From Paragordius varius (lineage: Eukaryota; Animalia; Nematomorpha): 64,000 nt of DNA. The stretch spans positions 10,912,001 through 10,976,000 of the forward strand of contig OZ176051.1 of NCBI GenBank assembly GCA_964247055.1. Reading direction: 5' to 3'. The notes beneath the pieces were generated by a model. That model saw only the letters and a list, made by a program, of their open reading frames with translations. It ran no database searches and had not been told where the DNA came from. This document shows positions 38,153-52,248 of the stretch, piece after piece. A program made the position numbers and the translations under genes. Within the stretch, counting starts at the first letter, position 1; every line of letters starts with the position of its first letter.

Positions 38153-39633
38153 TTAATATAAACTTTCCCACCATTTTTGAATCTTCTCCTTAATTAATGG
38201 GATTACATTCCTTAAAACTAAGCCGTAATAAGATGCAGTATTCTTCTTTGCACATTTAGTTTCTACATCTTGCAGCGTACGAAACATAGTTTTATATTTA
38301 TATTGAAATTGAGTCAACGAGGATTTCGCAACCTCTAACGCTGGACTTTTATGATCTTGGCTGTAGTTTATTATAATAGTTGGGTCATTCGCACCATCCA
38401 AACCGTATGTTTTGTTTATATGTATGTAAGCACCGTACCCAGGTCTCTTCGGACAAGGATAATTAAGGATGGTCAGAAAGGCACATATAGTGTGATCATG
38501 ACATCCCATACCAATAACCTTATCATCATAATTCTTATTAGTTAGGAATTGGTTGAGTCGAGTCATGAAATACCCCAAAAGGCTGACTTGCAGTTTATCG
38601 TTATTTTGAATGGCATACTTAAACATATTATCTACAACCTTATCTAAAGCTTGAACCTTGCCAGAATCGGATGTCCATTCGGGTAAAGCCAAAGTGGAAT
38701 CATTGATTAGGGATTGCAAAGTTGCTTTTTCACGATTGGCTTCTTTTGCATCGTAATATTCATTCTCGTTATTTTGTTCATTTTTTTGGCCCTTAAGTGG
38801 AGGTGCGACATAAGCTCTATCAATTAATGCCTTAATGCATTGGATATAATCGGTTAAATAATACAGCTCTGCTATATCGAATAAACTGTTCGTAAAAAAT
38901 GACTTATGATATACTGCTTGCCAAATCTGATTTATTATAACTGAGTTGTTTAATAAACTTTGATTGAAATTTGGATTCGAAAGTAAATTTTCCACAACAT
39001 CAAATTTAAAGTTTTTACACGTTTCAGCTGCGCTAAGGAACAAGTCGGCATTAGTATCTTTTTGAATTATATTTCCGTTTGATTGAATGTAGTTTATAAA
39101 ACTCTTATGTCCGCCACGCATATCTAAAAGTCCAAAATTAAAAGCAAGCGTCGATTCTATACTTCTTTGAGCCGGGCTTGAGTATAGAATAACGTTATCC
39201 GCTTTGACATGACTTAAATGGCGATTCCTAATATAGCGCCCAACTTTTCTCAATTGATAAGCTCCATGCTCAGTTAACTGTCCAATACCTCGGGGGAAAA
39301 TTTTATCATGAACAGATTGACCAATGGTTACGTCTATTGTTTTTTCATACGCCCTTTCACCGTGCCGTAATAAAATTATTGATAAATCTATCACATATAT
39401 ATATAAATATATATATACATATATATATATATATAAACCGATGTTGTAGTATTAATGAAATAATTAAAATCGCTCAAATTAACTTCAAAAAGTAATTAAG
39501 TTTTAAATTAATGACTAAATGTTAGTATATTACGATAATTAATATAATAATTAAATTATTTTTAATTAGTTATTAAATTACCTTTTCCATAAACGCCCAC
39601 AATTAGGATCCATAAGATTAAAAAATTATTCAT
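38153..39633 (-). CDS. Secreted histidine acid phosphatase (branch-2, acid phosphatase-like), 2 exons, 428 aa
   Basis: Exon 1 39633-39582 encodes signal peptide MNNFLILWILIVGVYGK with a phase-1 GTAA donor. Exon 2 is 39387-38153. Motifs RHGER, GQLT..G, the conserved Arg in QRSIES, LPEW, HD (GCHDHT) and PGYGA. Confidence 0.9.
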
Positions 39634-40915
39634 TCTTTTGCAAAAATTAAAAATTAATAATATAAATGCTAACAATTTAATAAGTAATTAGGTACCAGTT
39701 TTTATTTACACAGCAATAATGATTGCGCCTTTCTTAGAATGAATAATTATATTCCCCGAAATTTGCTTAAAACTTTGTAAAATAATATCAAATATTGCAA
39801 AGTCATTTATAAATAATCAATGTACACAATCGGAAAAAACAGATAAAATTTTACCTGTAGTTTTAATTTACGTTTTAATGATATCATGCCAACTAGAAGT
39901 AAACATATTATTTTTTACCATATCTCTATAATGTTAATATTGCGAAAAAACAATCGGGTTAATAATATCAATCATATATTTAATGGATGATAGTTACTGC
40001 TGAGATCTAATAAGGACTTATTGTAATTTGAAATATAAAAAATTCTATCTTTAAATAACAATACTTCTCTTATTTCATTTGTCATGTCATCTATTCTTTA
40101 TCTATATATAACCTCATAGTGCTAATTTCAATTTAATTTTGACAATTAAAAAAATATATAAAGATAGGATTTGCAACCATAAAATTTACAATCTATCCTT
40201 ATCGAAATTTGTATACATGGTGGCCACGAAAACAATTAATGGTTATTGAATCATATAACATCCGATAGCTCTTCAATACTTTTAGATATGATATAAAATC
40301 TAGATTTTATTTTCTGATTAAGTTTAAAAATCACATTTTCCCGCATTTGGTCAGATAAAATTAAAAAATTATACATGTACAAAATTTTATCTGTAATCCT
40401 AATTAGTGATTAAGCTTTTATTTTTTTGAGAAGCTCCATGAAATATTTACGAATATTAAAGCTAAAAAAACCCAATATCTCTTTCTTGCCATATATTAAA
40501 GATTTTAACTTTTGCCCTTATTTTGGAATCAATTGTCAACTCCTCAAAAAATAAATCATTTGGGTATAAGCAACCTTAAATTAAAATCAGTTGATAGAAG
40601 TATTTTCTACATCGAAAACTATATGAAAAATAATTATAAATGTTATAAGCGCTGCTTCCAAGCAAGTCTTTAATTAAAATAAAAGTAAAACTTTTTACCG
40701 CACAAGTTTTCTGATGCATATTGGATTCTAAAATGAGATTTTTCGTTAATAAAAATATAGCATCTTATTCCATAACAATTTGCATTATATGACATCTATG
40801 AACAAATTAGGCAGCGGATTGATTAGGAAATTAAAAACTGTTTCAAATATGAATGGCGCATTTATAAATAAATATATATAATTTTATTTAAATTGGTGTC
40901 CGAAAACTATTAAAT

Positions 40916-43900
40916 ATGATAACCGTTGACGGTTTATTTATCACTAATGACAATTCTTTGGGATATTGTAAATTATTGGTTTTTTTAAATTTTGGGCTTT
41001 CCATAAAATTTTATTATCAGAGTTTTAAAGGTCAATCAATGATTCTGAATAAAAAGTGGACATTGTTCTTTAATTGGCACAAGCGTCTGACGCTGAATTT
41101 GTTATAAACTTAAGATGCATAATTTGCTTAATTACAAATATCTAGACGAATCCCAATTTACCCGACAGATTTTGGGGTGATAAATATGTTGTTTGCAAAT
41201 TTTACACCGACTTATGCGGAAAATCATCCTGCAGTCATTTATAACATATTTGAAGGATCCAAACAAATCATTCACCAATTGGACAAATTTATGCAAATTT
41301 TTGCGCAGGTTTATATACAAAAGTTATTGATAACATATTATACTCGACTTGATTTCTTTAACGAATAAGGAAACGTTGTTAGATCTTTAGTAGAAATGAA
41401 AGAAACTTAAGAATAAATACAATTCGATGTTGTGATATAATTAATCATAACCTACACGCATGTAAACACATGCCTTTAATCGAATGGGAAAAGTACGGTA
41501 TACCAACCCATCTCTTATCGATTTTTTTACCAAAAACATTGATTTTTACCTTCTCCGAATATTAGAAATAGTTAGATCCTATTTCTTACATATCATAACA
41601 TATTTCCTATTCACATTCTCCCATTCGAAGGACATTCTGCTAATGTTGAAATCACGTAATCTCAGCATCCGCATCGCCACATGGAACTTACGCGGAGCCT
41701 ACAACAATCACAAACTAGATATAGTCGTTAACGAAATGACTAAGCATAAAATTGACATACTAGGAATATCAGAATCACACATTCCCTTTACCGGAACTTT
41801 AGAATTTGACAATCATATTTTGTAAAATACAAGGGGTCGGTATAATAATGAACAAAAAGCTATTTAACTTATCGGACATTTTTAATTTAATCAATGAACG
41901 TATAGTTGCGATCCGCATACAAACAACCCCTTAACCCATTACTATCTTTCAAAACGCCCCTACCTCCTCTTACAGCGATGACGACTGTGAAAAATTTTAT
42001 GCGATCTCGACTTGGCAATTTCCCAAATCTTAAAAAAGGATAACATATTTATCTTAGGCGATTTCAATTCAATCATAGGAAGAGACAAAACACCTCCTAT
42101 AACAAGCGGCATGGACTTGGGCATAAAAAACGAGAGTGGAGACAGATTGATTGAATTTTGTGCTAACCATCGTTTTTTCGTCGCAAACACCTTTTTTAAA
42201 CAGCCCAAACGACGTGTATACACATGGCATTTCCCGTGTCAAGATACCGTAACCAAATTGACTTCATATTAGGTATGGTGAAATATAAAAGTTCATTTCA
42301 TAATGTCAAATGCCTACCAGGATTGGATTGCTACAGCGACCACAACCTATTGATCGCCAAACTCTGCATTAAATTACAACTTCCCAAAATATCCAAACCC
42401 ACCAGAACAAGATTAGATTATGATACAATCGACGACAAGTTTAGCACCGCTTTATCTGATTGTTTCGAGTGTAGAACGCTATACACACAATCTGCAGAGA
42501 CACAGCCGACGAATTTATACAGCCTCTCAAACGTACTAAACAAAAAATTAAATTGTCAACCAAAAGTCTCGAGATCGCAGAAAAACGTAAAGAATCCAAA
42601 ATCAAATGCAAATGGGATGAATACAAACAACTAAACAGTGAATTTCAGAAGAGTGCAAGAGAGGACAAAATAAGTATTATGACCAACTATGTGAAAAATT
42701 AGGAACAGACGCCAAAAATAACCGAAACCTTTTTGCCCATGCAAACAATATTATTCCACACAAAAAAGCTTTTTACAATGAACCCATGAGAAACGACCAC
42801 AACTCGATCATCACTGAAAAAGACGAAATTCGCAAACTCTGGCATAAACACATAAGTAAACTATACAACGTAAATAACCCCCAGACTATTAACGAACTTA
42901 CTCAACAAAAAGAACCACCTATTATGAAAGAAGAAGTGGAACTTGCGATAAAACACTCTAGTACCGGCAAATCAGAGGGGCATAGAGACATCCCTACTGA
43001 AATAATAAAATATATCCCATCAATATACTTACCAAATTATTTCAAACCATATTTGAGATGGAAAAAATTCCTGAGGATTGGTGCTTATCCATTATGATTC
43101 CTATTTTAAAAAAGGGTTACCCAAAACTGTGCGACAACTATCGCACCATAGCGCTCATAAACCAGGTGTCCAAAGTTTTCCTTAAAATAATACAGTTTTG
43201 ACTAAATACCATTCTTGACCCCTGGTTATCCACGATTCAGGCTGGTTTTCGAAAAGGTAAAGGATGCCGAGATATGATATGTAATATGAGGTGGATAATC
43301 GAGAAACACATCGAATTCAACAAAGAATTGCATATGTGCTTTGTCGATTTTTCCAAAGCATTTGATTCCATCCAGCACAATAAATTACGAAATCTAAAAC
43401 AACTTGGAGTATCAACACATCTAATCAACGTCATATTCTCAATTTACTTAAATTCCACGGCTGTAATATTTACACCTCACGGTATATCTAACTCATGTAA
43501 GATACAAGTCGGCCTACGCCAAGGATGCGTTTTATCCCCAATTCTTTTTAACGCATACCTCGAATGCATAATAAGAAACATCCCAGAAACTTATGGCATT
43601 AATGTAGGTGGAAACCTACTTACATCCACTACGCGGTTGATACAGTCTTATTCGCAGACAGTGTAGACACATTATCGCAAGTCTTGCAAGTGTTTACAAC
43701 TAAATGCAATAAATTTGGATTAAATATCAATTTTAAAAAAACAAAAGTCATGCAAATCAACCCGGCTCTAACTAATACAATAATCCTCAACGGCAACCAG
43801 ATCAGTAAACCTTTGCACGTACTTAGGGAGCATTATTAACAGTGATAACAACTCTACGCCATAAATAAAGCGAAGAATTGCTATCGCTAAAGCAGTCACA

Positions 43901-46900
43901 TTCAAAAACAAGATTTGGATGTCGCATGACATTAAACTAAAAACCAAAATCAGATTAATCAAGGCTACAGTTTTTCCAATATTCATGTATGGGGGGAAAG
44001 CTGGACACTGAAAAATTATGACGAACGTCAAATAAATTCTTTCGAATTATGGGTTTGGAGGAAACTTCTCTAAATAAAATCAGACAAAATTTCAAACACC
44101 AATATTTTAAATAAAATTAACCCAAATGTCACTTCTAGGCAGCTTAATACGGCAAAAACTCTTCTCATTCGGGCACATTATGAGAGCCAACTCACTTGAA
44201 AAGTCCCTGATGCTGGGAAAAGTGAGTGGTGCTCGAAAAAGAGGGAGAAGACGAACTCGTTGGATGAATAACATCCTGAAAGAAACCAACCAATCATTAT
44301 CTGAACTAAACACCAGATCCGGTAATCGCAGTGAATGGAGAAGTTATATTTTCAATGTTGCAGTTAGTCGGAATCGACCTTAGCAACAACAAATAATGCA
44401 GAAAGAGCTATTATTGGTCATTTTGGTCTTTAAAATGGCCAAAAAGAGTCATTAGTTTAAATGTCTGTTTGTATGAATTATATAATTGTTAATAATAATT
44501 GAAGCGGGGGAATACAGTGACGCCTGTTCCCATTAAGAAATATCAGCGTAATAATACTTAGCAAGTTTTACTTATGCAACAAATTCATTAGAATTTATGA
44601 ATAATATTTAGGCATATATATATAATGTAAATCGCTAAATAAGTTGAAAAAGAAGATTTATTCCCAAAATGCCAAATACATCAGGAAATCCAATAATTGA
44701 AAAAACTTTAAAAAGGAATTCAATGATTAAAAACTTTAAAATATGCATAAGATATGTAACATTTACTTTGTACAAATCTTATGAATAATTCACATAATTT
44801 AGTAATTATATATTCGATGCATATGTATTTAAAACTTTGGTTGATAATGGCTAACAGTTGTAATATTGGACATTTATTTAATTTATTTGATATCAATATT
44901 TTTGCTTTTAAATATTAACTTATATGTAAGAAATCTATTCTAATTTCCGTATGTTTAATTGTTAATTGGAGAAAAATACATATATTTTCTAATGATATTG
45001 CCGACTAAGGATGCGTGACTGGATGAGGCTATATAGATATAAAATAATGATGCATAAAAAATTATATTATTACTCGAATAACAATTTTATAAAAAATGGT
45101 TTGGGTCAATACGGGTTCACTAAAGTTTATGATTATCGAAAGGCCTATGATTAGATTAATCTTAAAAGCCAAAATTTTTGTGTTATATTTTTTTCTATTT
45201 TGTAAGCGTCTCGTTAAGTCTTCAGCACATGTACACCTAGAGACATTATACAGGTTTTCGATATTTTATACAGCAAATAATAATTGGTAATAATGAAGGA
45301 AACCGGCTTTTAATAACTTAGGCCATACTTTGGTAAATAATCACGAGTAGGGACATTTTGAAAAAGTTGAAGGAGTTATATTCAACAAAATTTATAAACA
45401 TCGTGTTCGGCATATGTTAAATTAAATTAACCGAATCTTTGATATTTTAAAAACGTAAATATTCAATGAAAACCTAAAAACGCAATATAATATAAAAATT
45501 ATTATTTATATTGGGTTTTTGATTTTATCTTCCGAATATTAATGTAAATATATGATAAAAACTTTTAAGCTTATATTTTTGCCTTAACGATTTAAAACAT
45601 ACCTATAATCAGCTGTTTGGCGTATGTTCGTTTTAATATTTGTGCTTTTATGGCGTAAAAATTTTATTTTTCCGAATTTAGTACATTGTCTAATAATTTA
45701 AGTCTGTTCCTACAGATTTCATAATTTGATTATATAAATTATATATTTGTATATTTGTGAAAGATATATTTTACAGTGGATTTGTATGGAGGTTTGCAAA
45801 TAACAATGGAAACTATGGATATACGCAACAACAGAGAATATACATATCATTTTACCAATTCCCTGGTAAAATTAACTTAACGCTATTTTTTAAAGAAAGA
45901 CGGATATGGTCTAGTTATATATCGAAAAAACGCAAAAGCTAAAAAAAATTCTTCGTTATCAAAAAATTCATCATAATAATTAAATTATTAAAATTTAATA
46001 TGCAAAGGGTAAACTAATGCAGAACAAAAATTATGTTTTTACTTCCAATGCATTTGACTCATGTTGAGCGATTGTGTTTTGTGTTATCCGATTATATTTT
46101 AGTCCTGAAAAATAAATATATTACATATTAAATAACCTTTTTTTAACCAGAATTAATAATGAAATTTACGTAGATTTAAAAATATAATTTGGAATTTTTA
46201 TTAATTCATAAATTACCAGTTAGCTTTTATTGCGCTTAATCATAAAAAAATATTTTGTCTTTAATTTTTGTTTAAAGCCGCAGGATATTATCTTTCGACT
46301 GCGGGCCACTGTCTGACTATCATATTTAGCACAACACAAATTAGTAAAAAATAAAAACATTACTTTTGTGATAAAATAAATAGAGTTAAAGTTATAGAAT
46401 GATATAGGCCAAAGATAGACCAAAACGCTCAATTTCAAAAATCTATTATAAAAAAAACAAATAAAGTTTTGTAAAAAAATATTTCTAATAAATGATAATA
46501 CAACACAATGAAAGGGTCCGGTAAGCCTCTGCAAAAACCTGTGGTATGCAGTAGCCTTTGATTGGGAGAAAATTTGGAAACCATAATTTACAAAAATATT
46601 CTCACTAAATCTTCATTGTAATATCTTAAACAATTTTACTGAATAAGTCTATTCAGTAGGCAACAAATTATAAAAAATTGTGATGTTGTGTTTGCATTTT
46701 ACATTGCTATGTTTGAAATCTAATAAATTATCTATCAATGACAATTTATCAAATGCGGCCCCCCTGAATTTTTGAGTCAAATGCGGCCCACGAAGTAATT
46801 TGGGTTGAACACCCTGTTTTACAAGGTACTTAAAAGGCTTACAAGAATTAAAGCAGATGATAGTTTGGCCCCGAATTATTTTTTAATTTTTTATGTATTT

Positions 46901-49246
46901 ATTTTGATTACAAATATCTGCAAATGTGTCGAACAACTATGAAATTTTTTATTATATGGTGCACGGCCTTTCTTGTGAAATATTTTTTTGCGGCTCTGCT
47001 AAAATTTTCGGTAAGGACCGCTGATATATGTATATTTTCCACACAATTCGTGCAGAAATATGCTTATGTAGACCGAGTTTTTGATTTAAATTTTTTTATA
47101 TCCGAATCATGTGAGTTGATGTTTATGGCCCTATTTGGGCTTGAACCTTTTTGGACATAAAAAATCTTTGCACAAAACTGAGTTGATAATATTACTGCAT
47201 CGAATATAAAATATAATATATATATATATATATATATATTAATGTGACCAGATATTTTGAACTTTGACCCAGTACAATATTAAAACATACATTGCCTGTT
47301 TTTACAACATCGGTGTGGTATATTACACAGTTTCCACAAAAAATATCCTGATGAAAAATATATATTCTGATAGGAAAATATCAAGATAATCATGGTGCTT
47401 TTGATTTTAACCTTTACGAGTTATTAAAGAAAGTTATTTACACTTTTGTGGTAGGTGCTCCGTATAAAATTGCAAACGGTGCGCAATTTTTTCAAATATT
47501 AAATGATTTATTTCAAAAAATATCATTAAAATAAATTATCTGCAAATAAAAAGCAAAATATTATTTGTAAAATTTTTGAATTGTTAGATGTGGTCTCTGA
47601 AAGTCCCAAATTTTTTGGCTTTAATGGATTGTTCTCTTAAAGAAAACACAAAAATTCCGATATTGTGCAATAATTTTAAATATATGCTAAATATCAACTA
47701 AATATATTTTTAAATAAATGTATACTTTCAAAAATTTAATTTTTAACAAAATTTTGTTAAGCGTTTGACATGTTATAACACTTTATATATATATAATTCG
47801 ATAATGCTATGCGTTTTTCTCACTCAGAATTAATGTGTTTTTTTATAAATTCACCAAAATTTGCAAGCAAACAAACCTAATTCTCAACCTTCAACATCAT
47901 TTTAGAAAAAGGGTTTTATTATATCTTAAAGCATTATATCGTTTTCATCATGCTTCAAAACAGTTTGAAATATGCTTCAACAAAATATCTCAAATTTGTT
48001 TATGCAAAAAATAAGAAAACAAAAAAAATAAAGTTAAAAAATAAATTAAGAAATATCATACCCCCAACTAATGAGTATAGAAACGTAAATAACTCTTTTT
48101 TTAATACGAAAACAGGTTATTTCGAATTCATGTGCCATATAATAAATTTTAGATAATATATGGGAATACAATTTTCTATATAATTTTCCGTTTGATAATT
48201 ATAACAAAGAATGAACTATTTAAACATCAAACATTTATGAAAATATCATAAATTAATGTTGGTATTAAATTTTAAGGCACCTCTTTTTGCGGAAGCCCTG
48301 AGTAAAAGAGCCATTAGCCTGAAACTTACGGTGTGAGATTTATCGTTCAGCCTAGCGCGAAAGGCTGCAATCATAAGCGGTTTTACCGATTTAAATCCCA
48401 ATTTTATGTATATTTCGAGCAGAAAGTAAAATATTAACAAATTAAAAAACAGGCCAATCTTAGTTTTTTACCTAAAAATAAACCATTATTTTACAAATTA
48501 TGGGGTTATTTTACAGAGGTACTAATTGAATTCTAAAATAATTTTTTTGAATAAATAAAGGTAATTAATATCTAATTATAAAAATTTAATTTTTTTTAAT
48601 TTCAAAAAGCAGTACAAAAGTGGGCGCAGTACAGGCGCAGTTTTTTTTGAAAACTTAGTACTGTACTGCGAAAAACAGCCTATCTGGTCACATTAATATA
48701 TATATATATATACTTATATTAGGTTTTTCGATACAAATCATGTGATACTTTTTATGTCGAGTTTATACCATTTTAAGCGATATTTTGTATAAACTCTCTA
48801 TGTATAAAAAATATAAATAGCTAAACAAAATATTTTCTTACCGTATGAATTTTTTGATTCAACTTTGACGATACACGGCGATTTTTATATTTTAAAAGCT
48901 TTTCAGGGATCTTAGAATATGTAGAATCCTACTCAATAACTTCTGTTAAAGATTATTATGATATATACAACAAATTAATTTTTATTATTTCCGCTATTTA
49001 TTATCGACCTAATGTGCGATAAAAATGTTATTTTTTGGATATAACTTAAAAATAAAACAATTTTTAGACTTTAACCGATTTATTTCGATATTCCTCATCC
49101 TGAAGCTTTTGACTATCGAATGATATAAGATTTTTACGCAGTCGTTTTTCGACCTTCATTTTCACACAGCGTAATACGCTTGATTCGGGCTAATCAAACC
49201 TTATTGAAACCAAATATTTTAACGATACTTAGTAAATAATGTTAAA

Positions 49247-49297
<51 letters not shown>

Positions 49298-49645
49298 TGA
49301 TAATTCTAATTTTTCTGTTTTCTACTCCAGTTAACAATACGTCAGGCAAATTATATTTTGGAGATAACAGAGCGTCCCAAAATTCAGATAACAAAGCTTT
49401 TTCAGATCATAATGCGCCTTGAACTATCAATCAATAGCACCTTAAATTTAATCCACAGTTCTGTTTCCCGTGGATTCAATATTCAACCGATGATAAATTA
49501 CTACGAAATAAACTTCTCAACCTTCAAGATAGAATTTAACACTTTTAAATATGGTATTATATATGCGACTATGGATGATTGTCCAGGCAAATTGACTGAA
49601 AGAGAATATTTTAATTTATTAATCATTAATCAAACCCTCTATTAA
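40916..49645 (+). CDS. Unrecognised 4-exon gene C, about 254 aa, distant relative of units D/A/B
   Basis: Exons 40916-41100, 41146-41308, 45764-45865 and 49331-49645 join in frame (phases 2,0,0) and end in TAA. The start codon is tentative. Confidence 0.6.
41643..44393 (+). mobile_element. Decayed RTE-clade (BovB-like) non-LTR retrotransposon, APE + RT, in intron 2 of gene C
   Basis: APE motifs IATWNLRG, ILGISE, ILGDFNS, NQIDFIL and SDHNLL. RT motifs FRKGKGCRD, FVDFSKAFDS, GLRQGCVLSPILF and YAVD (for YADD). The C-terminus FGHIMRANSLEKSLMLGKVSGARKRGRRRTRW is characteristic of RTE/BovB, followed by a short CAACAACAA tail. Multiple frameshifts; no TSD identified. Confidence 0.92.
46752..46817 (-). 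mobile_element. hAT (Charlie/Buster-type) terminal fragment
   Basis: Reverse complement reads CAGGGGTGTTCAACCC...GTGGGCCGCATTT and matches 50760-50838 and 1255-1345. A related fragment lies at ~61105-61149. Confidence 0.55.
47240..48695. mobile_element. Intact non-autonomous hAT inserted in (TA)n, in intron 3 of gene C
   Basis: Perfect TIR TAATGTGACCAGATA...TATCTGGTCACATTA with ATATATAT on both flanks. It is the uninterrupted counterpart of 21674-25381. Confidence 0.88.
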
Positions 49646-50149
49646 AATTTACATTTTAGAATGTGATTCATACGATTTCCAATGCAAAAAATAAATACAT
49701 TGTTTCATTGAATATACATAAAATTATAATTAGCTTTTTAAAAATTGAGTTATCTGTCAAATCACGTTTCCGCGCTCATTTCCGAAGAGTAAATTTTATA
49801 ACACATTTATAATAATATTTTATAATCAATGTTTTTTTCCTCATTTATGCTTCCAAAAAAATTATTAATGAGATATAGGCCCATGTGAATGAGCCTGTTT
49901 AGCCGGCTCAATCACATGAATAACTAATCGAGTTGTTGTTCACAAAAATAGGTTCTGTTTCAAATCAAGCAAAATATATTTTGTCTCTTAACATTACTCA
50001 AAAGTAAATATTTGCGCTTTGATTAAAAAATATTATCTCAAAAATTTAGATTTTCCAATTCATTTAAAATCAAGCACCCTGGGAATTTAGCAAAATAAAA
50101 TAATTTCAAATTATATATCTAATTAAAATATCTATTTTTACTCCTGTTA

Positions 50150-50838
50150 AGAATCGCTTAAAAACGCTTGACAGCAAATTAGTCTCTGTGGTTTAACAGG
50201 TATTTGTGTAAGTGTGGATGTTATGGCAAGATTTAAAGCGTGTTTATTTTTGATTGTGGATCACTGGCTTCTGTCGAACGATAATGTGTTTTAACCATTC
50301 CGTTTGTTTTGGGTGACAAGGTACTGATGTTAAATGATATTTTCCGTTTTCATAGAATTTTTAACTCCATAGATGGAGAATATAACGCATTTTCGGTATA
50401 ACATTCTTGGTGATTCATATAGTATGAATTCGTCTAGAAAATTTAAAGGTATATATTAACTTGATAGCTCTTTGACTCATTTGAAATAGCTGTCGATTAG
50501 AACTATCCAATAAAAATTGTTTTAGGGCCTGAAATATCTAGATGTTATTTCACCCAAATTGCTGTGTTTGTAATTTAATTGTATGTGCTTTCAATTTTCG
50601 CATTGGTCGATTTTCTTGACAATTTATGTCGCTTTCCATGTTGTACCAAAAGATTATTTTCGCTTGTTAGTTTTTGTACAAGCTATCCATTTGGCAACGA
50701 ATTTGTTTTTTTGCTTGCATATTATCATATGTTAAAAATTTACTAAAATATTAATGAATGCCCATATATATTTCGAAGGCGGTCAGATTTTTTGAGTCAA
50801 AAATGCGGCCCACGAGCAATTTGTGTTGGTCACCCCTG
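50150..50838 (-). mobile_element. Internally deleted hAT (Buster/Charlie-like) remnant
   Basis: CAGGGGTGACCAAC terminus at 50838, with weak minus-strand remnants KFVAKW and VKTHYRS resembling hAT N- and C-terminal motifs. Confidence 0.4.
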
Positions 50839-51429
50839 TGCTAGTCTATAGAACAATCTAGTTAGTTCAGATTCCAAAATTTTAGTACTTGTTGAAATTA
50901 TGAGAGGCCTGATAAATAAGTTTTTATTAATATTTCTACGATTCTCTGTACTTTGAAAATGCAAAATGATGCGTTTAATTAAGACTGGACAAAATTATCA
51001 TAGTTTTTATTATTTACTTATAAATATTGCAATATTAAATTGAAAAAAAAAACCATGATTATAATACTTTACCTTGAAATGTTAAAAAATGCAAGGATAA
51101 TTGAATTCAATTATCCTTGCTACCTAATCACAAAAGTTTTATCTGATAATGGTATAAGGTTATTGGATATTGATAAATAGTTTAGTGTTCAAGGCTTTTA
51201 AAATATAAAAAAAAACAAATTATACATAAATAATTTTTACCAAAAAAAATGTTATTAATTTGTATTTCATGGATATGTCTTATATCGAAATTAGCAAACG
51301 GTAATATTTACAATATTTTTATGTTACTCAAAATAATACAGTATGGACATTTATGGTGGGCTATTCACATTACTGTTGTAGGCCAATTGGAATTGGCACA
51401 AGTATAGTGAAAAATACAAATTTTACCCA

Positions 51430-51735
51430 GAGTTAAATACAGTAAATTAATTATACGGATAAAACGGAAAAATATAAAGACAAATATTTTTTTCTAAAAG
51501 ACAACCATACGTTTTATATCTTGATTTTTTTGATTCAAACTTATTATTTAATAGTGAAAAATGTGAAATAGTGATATATAATACTCAATCAATTTAATAT
51601 TTTACATTCGTAATTAAATAGTTTATAGAGGAAAAATTGAGGTTTGAAAAAGTATGGTTATCTTAAAAAAATATTTGTCCTTATATTTTTACGTTTTGTC
51701 CGCATAATTTCAATTTTTACTGTAAAATTAATGTT
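51430..51735. mobile_element. MITE-like inverted repeat
   Basis: ACAGTAAA...AAAGACAAATATTTTTTT...CCATAC is inverted to GTATGG...AAAAAAATATTTGTCCTT...TTTACTGT. Confidence 0.55.
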
Positions 51736-52248
51736 GTAAGATAGGCATAAAAATTGTTTTTTTACATTTTATTGTTTTTACCCATGCTTAACTGGGTCGT
51801 CTATCGACCAACAATAATATGAATGATCCAACATAAATGTGCGTACTGTATAAGTCTCTGAATATATAATAATCTAAATACGTGTGTTAAATTATTATAA
51901 ATAACACTTGGTCACTCTATATTATTTTTGTGGTTGAATAAATTAAATTAAGAAAAATTGATTAATTGGAAGCTTTTATTTACGTAATTAGGAATATTTT
52001 CAGTCTACACACATTTAATTTTTTAACATTAACATATATTTTTACCGCTCATGACGAAAATTTGTTCAAATGTTTTAACCTGGTTCTCTAAAACGGTCAT
52101 ATGGTCTGTGATCCGATCCATAATCATAAACTAAAAATATGATCGCATTTATATATTAATTAAAACAGAAGTGAATAAATATAAATTTTGCCGTTTTTTA
52201 TATTGAAAAAACCTATGTTTTATATTATGCTTAATATATATGTATATA

